DNA from: Chrysomallon squamiferum
Lineage: Eukaryota; Animalia; Mollusca
Length of the DNA: 64,000 nt
Direction: 5' to 3'
Assembly (NCBI GenBank): GCA_012295275.1
Contig: CM022671.1
Span: 10,292,001-10,356,000, forward strand
Every line of letters begins with the position of its first letter. Position 1 is the stretch's first letter. Below the pieces are notes generated by a model. It ran no database searches. It saw only the letters and a program-made list of their open reading frames with translations, and had not been told where the DNA came from. Below are positions 55,579 through 64,000 of this stretch, in pieces. The translations under genes and the position numbers were made by a program.

Positions 55579-58500
55579 TCTTCCTATAATGAGTCTTCCT
55601 ATAATGAGTGTCTTCTGCTTGCTGTATTCTCATGTTCCTGTAACAACTGTCATCTGTTTGTTGTTCTGCCATGTTCCTGTAATGTTTGTCTTCTGTTTGT
55701 TGTTCTGCCATGTTCCTGTAATGAATGTCTTGTGTTTGTTGTGCTCCCATGTTCCTATATTCAGTGTCTTCTGGCTGATGAACTGCCATGCTCCTGTAAT
55801 GAATGTCTTCTGTTTCTTGTTCTCCCATGTTCCTGTAATGTCTTGTGTATATTCTACTGCCATGTTCCTGTAAAGAGAGTCTTCTGTTTGTTGAACTGCT
55901 GTATTCCTGTAATGAGTGTGTTCTGTTTGTTGTATTCATGTAATGAAATTCTTCTATTTATTGTACTGCCATGTTCCTGTAATGAATGCGATATTAGTGT
56001 AATGAGTGTCTCCTTATTTGGTATACTGCCATGTTCCTATATTCAGTGTCTTCTGTTTGATGGCCTGCAATGTTCATGTAACAACTGTTTTCTGTTTCTT
56101 GTACTTTGATGTTCCTGTAATAAATGTCTTCTGTTTGTTGTATGCCATGTTTCTGTAATAACTGTCTTCTGTTTGCTCTACTGCCATGTTTCTGAAACGA
56201 ATGTGTTCTGATTGTTGTAATGCCACGTTCCTGTAATGAATTTCTTCCGTTTATTGTACTGCCATGATCCTGTAGTGAGTGTCTTCTGTTTGTTGTACTG
56301 CCATGTTCCTGTAGTGAGTGTCTTCTGTTTGTTCTACTGCCATGTTCCTGTAATGAGAGTTTCTGTTTCTTGTAACAACTGTTTTCTGTTTGTTGTACTG
56401 CCATGTTCCTCTAATGAATGTATTCTCTTTGCTCTACTGCCATGTTTCTGAAACGAATCTCTTCTGTTTGTTGTACCTTCATGTTCCTGTAATGAATGTC
56501 TTCTGTAAGTTGTACTGCCGTATTCCTCTCACGAATGTCTTCTGTTTGTTGTACCTTCATGTTCCTGTAATGAATGTCTTCTGTAAGTTGTACTGCCGTA
56601 TTCCTCTCACGAATGTCTTCTGTTTGTTGTACCTTCATGTTCCTGTAATGAATGGCTTCTGCTGCTTATAATGACATGTTCCTCTAATTGGTGTCTTCTG
56701 TTTGTTGTCTTGACATGTTGCTGTAATGAATGGCTTCTGTTTGTTTTACTGCCATGTTCCAGTAATGAATGTCTTCTGTTTATTCTGTACAAGAAACAGA
56801 CGAAAATCATTACAGGAAGATGGTAGGTACAACAAACAGAAGATATTCCTTAAAGGAACATATTAGTAAAACACTCATAGGACAGTCATTAAAGGAACAT
56901 GGAAGTACAACAAACACCAGACACTCTTTAAAGGAACATGCCAGTACAACAAACAGAAGACAGTCATTAGATGAACATGGCAGTACAAAAACTGAAGACA
57001 TTCATTGCAGGAACATGGCGTTAAAAGAAACAAAATACACTCATTATAGTAAGATGAGAGTAGAACAAACTGAAGTCATTCATTATAGGAAGATGGCCGT
57101 ACAACAAACACAAGACATTCATTAGAGCAACTTTGCAATATAAGAAAGACAAGACATTCATTAAAGGAACATGTCAGTAAAACAAACAGAATGCACTCAT
57201 TAAACGAACATGGCGGTACAACAAACAGAAGACACACATTACAGGAACATTGCAGAACAAGAAATAGAAGACGTTCATTATAGTAACATGGCTGCTCAAC
57301 AAAGAGAAGACATTGATCACAGGAACATGGCAGTACAAGAAACTGAAGACACTCATTATAGGAAGATGGCAGTAAAAAAAACAGAAGACAATTCATTACA
57401 GGAACATGGCAGTACAACAAACGGAAGAAACTCAATACAGTAACATGAGAGTACAACATTTCAAGAAACAGAAGACAGTCATTAAAGGTACATGGCAGTA
57501 CAACAAACAGAAGACTCTCATTACAGGAACATTGTAAGAGAAGACATTCATTACAGTACCATGGCAGTACAACAAACCGAAGACAATCATTAAAGGAAGA
57601 TATCAGTACAAAAAACAGAAGACATTGATCACTGGAACACGGCAGTACAACAAACAGAAGATAGTCATTACAGAAATATGGCAGTACATCAAATAGAAAA
57701 AATTCATAACAGTAACATGGCAGAACACGAAACACAAGACAGTCATTACACGAACATTACAGTACAAGAAAGACAAGACAGTCATTACAGGAACATGGCA
57801 ACAAACAGAAGACATTCATTATAGGAACATGGCTATACAACAAAGAGGATACATTTATTACAGAAACATGGCAGTAGAACAAACAGAAAACTCTCAGTAC
57901 AGGAACATCGCAGCACAACAAACAGAAGATATTCATTCCAGGAACATGGGTGTACAACAAACAGAAGACGTTTATTACAGAAACATCGCAGTAGATCAAA
58001 CAGAAGATACTAATTACAGGAATATAGCAGTAGAACAAACAGAAGACATTGATTACAGGAACATGGAAGTTCAACATAGAGAAGACTCTGATTACAGGAA
58101 CATTGCAAGAGAAGACATTCATTCCAGTACCATGGCAGGAAACAAACAGAATACAGTCATTACAGTAACATGGCAGTATACGAAACAAAAGACATTCATT
58201 ACAGGAACATCTCAGTACAAAAAAACAGAAGACACTCATTATAGGAAGATCGCAGTAGAACAAACAAAAGACATCATTACAGGAACATGGCATTACAACA
58301 AACAGAAAACATTCATTACAGTAACATGTCAGTAAAACAAACAGACGTCACTCATTGCACGAACATGGCGGTACAACAAACAAAAAACACTCATTAGAGG
58401 AACATGTCAGTAAAACAAACAGAAGATACTCATTACAGGAACATTGCAGTTTAACAAACAGAAGACATTGGTTACAACAAACAGAAGAAACTCGTGACAA

Positions 58501-61500
58501 GGACATGGCAGTACAGCAAACAGAAGGCACTCATTACACGAACATGGCTGTACAATAAACAGAAGAAACTCGTGACAAGGACATGGCAGTACAACAAACA
58601 GAAGAAACTCGTGACAAGAACATGGCGGTACAATAAACAGAAGACTCTGATTACAGGAACATTGCAGTAAAAGAAAGACAAGACATTCATGCCAGTACCA
58701 TGGCTGTACAACAAACAGAAGACATTCATTACTGGAACATCTCAGTACAACAAACATAAGACACTGACTACAGGAACATGGCAGTAGAACAAACACAAGA
58801 CATTCATTACAGGAACATGGCAGTAGACCAAACAAAAGATATTCATTACAGGAACATCTCAGTAAAACAAACAGAAGACACTGATCATAGGAAAATGGCA
58901 CTTCAACAAACAGAAGACACTCATTATAGGAAGATGGCATGAGAACAAACAGAAGAGAGTCATTACAGGATCATAGCAGTACTACAAACAGAAAACGTTC
59001 ATTACAGTAACATGGCAGTACAAGAAACAGAATACCATCATTACAGGAACATGGCAGTACAACAAATAAAAGACATTCATTAGAGTACCATGGCAGTAAA
59101 ACAAGTAGATAACATTCTTTACAGGATCAACTCAGTACAAGAAACAGAAGACATTTTTCACAGTAACAAGGCACTAGAACAAACAGAAGACATTCATTAC
59201 AAGAACATGGCAGTGCAACAAAGACAAGACATTTATTACAGAAACAGAGCAGTAGAACAAACACAAGACATTCATTACAGGAACATGGCAGTTGACCAAA
59301 CAGAAAACATTTATTACAGGAAGATGGTAGTAGAACAAACAGAACACATTCATTAGAGGAACATGGCAGTAGAACAAACAAAATATATTCATTGCAGGAA
59401 CATGGCAGTAGACCAAACAGAAGATATTCATTACAGGAATATGGCAGAAGAAAAATCAGAATACATTCATTACAGGAAGATGGCAGAACAAAAAACAGAA
59501 CACATTTATTACAGGAAAATGGGATACAACAAACAAAAGACTCTCATTACAGGAATATGTCAGTAAAACAAACAGAAGTCACTCATTACACGAACATGGC
59601 AGTACAAGAAAGAGAAGACATTCATTATAGTACCAATGCAGTTCAACAAACAGAAGACATTAATTACAGGAACATGACATTACAACAAACAGAAGATATT
59701 CATTACAGGAACATGGCAGTAGACCAAACACAGGACATTTATTACAGAAACATAGTACAACATACAGAATACACTGATCACATGAACAAGGCAGTACAAA
59801 AAACAGAAGACACTCATTATAGGAAGATGGCAGTAGAACAAACAATAGACAGTACAGTAACATGGCGGTACAACAAACAGAAGACAATCATTATAGGAAG
59901 ATTGCAGTTCAAGAAAGAGAAGACAGTCATTACAGGAACATGCCAGTAAAACAAACAGATGACATTCATTACAGGAACAACTCAGTACAAGAAACAGAAA
60001 ATATTGATCACTGGAAAAATGGAGTACAGCAAACAGAAGACACTGATTACAATAAGATGGCAGTACACTAAACAGGATACATTTATGACAGGAACATGGC
60101 AGTAGAAGAAACAGAAGACATTCATTAGAGAAACACGGCAGTAGAAGAAACAGAATACATTCGTTATAGGAACCTGTCAGTAAAAGAAACCAGAAGGCAC
60201 TCATTACACGAAAATGGGTACAACAACAAACAGGTACAGGAAAACAGAAGTACAACAAACAGAAGACATTCATAATAATACGATGGCAGTACAACAAACA
60301 GAAGACGTTCATTACAGGAACAACTCAGTACAACAAACAGAAGACACTCATTACAGTAACATGACAGTACAACAAAGAGAAGAAAATAATCACAGGAACA
60401 TGGCAGTAGAAGAAACAGAAGACAGTTATTAGAGTAACCTGGCACTAAAAGAAACAGAAGAAATTCACTACAGGAACATGTCAGTAAAACAAAGAGAAGG
60501 CAATCATTACACGAACAGGGCGGTACAGCAAACAGAAGACACTCATTAGAGGAACATTGTAAGAGAAGACATTCATTACAGGAACATCTCAGTACAAAAA
60601 ACAGAAGACATTGATCACAGGAACAAATAGAAGAAACTCATTATAGGAAGATGGCAGTAGAACAAACAGAAAACAGTCCTTACAGGAATGAGGCATTACA
60701 TCAAATAGAAAAAATTCGTTACAGTAACATGGCAGTACAAGAAACAGAAGACAGTCATTAAAGGAACATTACAGTACAAGAAAGAGAAGACCGTCATTAC
60801 AGGAACATGGCAGTACAACAAACAGAAGATATTCATTATAGGAACATGGCAGTACAACAAACAGAAGACATTTATTACAGGAACGTGGCAGTAGAACAAA
60901 CAGAAGACATTTATTACAGGAACATGGGACTACATCAAACAGAAGACATTGATTACAGGAACATCTCAGTACAATATGCAGAAGACAGTGAACAGAGGAA
61001 CATGGCTTTTCTTCAAACAAAATACACTCATTATAGGAAAATGGCAGTAGAACAAACAGAAGACAGTCATTACAGTAACATGGCAGTACAACATTTCAAG
61101 AAACAGAATACAGTCATTACAGGAACAGGGCACTACAACAAATAGAATACATTCATTACATCTCAGTAGAACAAAAAGAAGACAGTTGTTAAAGGAACAT
61201 GGCAGTACAACAAACACAAGATATTCATTACAGTACCATGGCAGTACAACAAACAGACGACACTCATTACCGTAAAATGGCAGTACAACAAAGAGAAGAC
61301 ATTCATTACTGGAACATGGCAGTACAACAAACAGACGACACTCATTACCGTAACATCGCAGTACAACAAAGAGAAGACATTCATTACAGGAACATGGCAG
61401 TAGAACAAAGAGAAGACTTTCATTAACATGGCAACACAACAAACAGAAGACATTCAAACATCGCAGGTCAAAACAAACAGAAGACATTGATTACAGGAAC

Positions 61501-64000
61501 ATGGCGGTACAAACAACAAACAGAAGACATTCATTACAGGAACATGGCAGTAAAACAAACAGAAGACTCTCATTTCAAGAACATGGTTGGCAGTACAACA
61601 AACAGAAGACATTCATTACATTGAAAAAACAGAAGACATTGATTACAGGAAACAGGAACATGGCAGTACAACAAATAGAAGAAACTCATTACAGGAAGTT
61701 GGCAGTAGAACAAACAGAAGACAGTTATTAGAGGAACACCGCAGTAGACTAAACAGTAGATATTCATTAGCACGGCAAACAGAAGACATTTATTACAGGA
61801 AAATGGCAGTACAAAAAAAAGAAGACTATAATCACAGGAACATAGTAGTAGAAGAAACAGAAGACAGTCTTTAGAAGAACACGGCATTAAAACGAATAGA
61901 AACAAATCATTACAGGAACATGGCAGTACAAGAAAGACAAGACAGTCGTTACATGAACATGGCAGTACAACAAACAGAAGATATTCATTATAGGAACATG
62001 GCAGTAAAACAAACAGAAGACATTCATTAGAGAAACATTGTAGCACGGCAAACAGAAGAGATTTATTACAGGAATATGGCAATACAAGAAACAGAAGACA
62101 TTCGTTATAGAAACATGGCATTACCACAAACAGATGTAACTCATTACAGGAACATGGCAGTATAAGAAACAGATGTAACTTATTGCAGGAACACGGCAGT
62201 ACAACTAGCAGAAGAGAATCATTAAATGAACATTGCAAGAAAGAAAAGACATTCATTACAGGAACATGTCAGTACAACACACAGAAGATATTCATTACAG
62301 GAACATCTGAGTACAACAAACAGAAGACACTGATCACTGGAACATGGCAGTAGAACAAACAGAACACATTCATCACAGGAAGATGACTGTAGAACAAAAT
62401 GAAGACCTTCGTTACAGGAATATGACTTCAATAAACAGACGACAGTCATTACAGGAACATGACAGTACAAGAAACCAAAATCACTCATTGCACGACAGTA
62501 CAAGAAACAGAAGACATTGGTGACAAGGACATGGCAATACAATAAAGAGAAAACAGTCATTACAGGATGATGACACTACAAAAAACTGAAGACCTTCGTT
62601 AAAGGAACATGGCAGTACGACAAACAGAACACATTCATTACAGTAACATGGCAGTACAAGAAACCGAACACAGTCATTACAGGAACATTACAGTACAAGA
62701 AAGACAAGACCATCGTTACAGGAACATGGCAGTACAACAAACAGAAGATATTCATTAGAGAAACATGGCTGTAGAGCAAACAGAAGACATTCATTAGGGG
62801 AACATGGCAGTAGAGCAAACAGAAGACAGTCATAACAGGAAGATGGCTGCACAACAAACAGAAGAGATTCTTTACAGGAACATGGCAACAAACAGAAGAC
62901 ATTGATTAGAGAAACATGGCTGTAGAGCAAACAGAAGACAGTCATTAGAGAAACATGGCAGTAGAGCAAACAGAAGACATTCGTTAGGGAACATGGCAGT
63001 AGAGCAAACAGAAGACAGTGATTACAGGAAGATGGCTGCACAACAAACACAATAGATTCTTTATACGAACATGGCAGTACAACAAACAGAAGACATTCTT
63101 TACAGGAACATTGCAACAAAGAGAAGAGATTCATTACTGGAACATGTCAATAAACCAAACAAAAGGCACTCATTGCATGAACAGGGTGGTACAACAAACA
63201 GAAGACATTCATTACAAGAACATCTCAGTAAAGCAAACAGAAGACGCTCATTAAAGGAAGATGGCAATAGAACAAACAGAAGACACTCATTACAGGAACA
63301 TCTCAGTTCAAAAATGAGAAGACGCTCATTATAGGAAGATGGCAATAGAACAAACAGAAGACACTCATTATAGGAAGATGGCAGTAGAACGAACAGAAGA
63401 CATTTATTACATTTCAAGAAAGAGAAGACAGTCAATAAAGGTACATGGCAGTACAACACACAGAGGACATTCATTACAGGAACAACTCAGTACAACAAAC
63501 AGAAGACACTGAGTACATTAACATGGCAGTGCAACAAACAGAAGACATTCATTAGAGAAACATGGCAGTAAAGCAAACAGAAAAAAATTAATTACAGGAA
63601 CATATCAGTAAAACAAACAGAAGGCACTCATTACACGAACAAGGCGGTACATCAAAGAGAAGACACGCGTTACAGTACAATTGCATTACAACAAACAGAA
63701 GACATTCATTACAGGAACATCTCAGTACAACACACTGGAGATATTGATCACAGGAACAGCACAACAAACAGAAGGCACTCATTATAGGAAAATGGCAGTA
63801 GAACAAACAGAAGACTGTCATTACAGAAACATGAAAGTACAACAAAGAGAAAACATTGAATACAGGAACATGACAGTACAACAAATAGAAGACATTCATT
63901 GCAGGAATATCTCAGTAGAACAAACAGAAGACATTCATTACAGTACCATGGCAGTACAACAAACAGAAGATATTCATTACAGGAACAACTCAGTACAACA
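55578..64000. repeat. 39-bp tandem satellite array, consensus ACAGGAACATGGCAGTACAACAAACAGAAGACATTCATT, with an internal inversion
   Basis: Roughly 200 diverged monomers. Reverse orientation 55578-56787, forward from ~56788 to the window end. Confidence 0.97.

Noticed and set aside
55553-64000. Dozens of repetitive ORFs (MAVQQTEDIHYRN; LPCSCNECLLFVV) as a repeat protein
   Set aside because: The 39-bp unit is a multiple of 3, so ORFs appear in several frames on both strands. Frequent stops, frame-breaking indels and the inversion show no coding constraint.
55578-64000. CRISPR-like array
   Set aside because: Monomers abut with no unique spacers; the context is eukaryotic and no cas genes are present.

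Overview
AT-rich, microsatellite-dense eukaryotic DNA with GT-AG introns. It is invertebrate, probably mollusc (inferred from repeat types). No intact complete gene is visible. The window holds two unprocessed, intron-retaining pseudogenes. The first is a TRPM-family cation channel on + (~1.0-17.7 kb, about 12 recognisable exon remnants, with several stops, frameshifts and missing exons). The second is the 3' half of a TRAF4-like gene on - (53.1-54.6 kb, with an in-frame stop and lost conserved residues). There are hints of further decayed exons at 30-47 kb. Also present are DNA transposon remnants (Tigger/pogo, Ginger2-like, MULE-FLYWCH, Sola-like), RTE LINE pieces and a ~2.07-kb tandem duplication. 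A 173-bp fold-back dimer carries a compensatory base-pair change between its two copies. A >8.4-kb array of a 39-bp satellite reverses orientation at ~56.79 kb and runs off the window end. All calls were made by eye from recalled family motifs; no searches were run.
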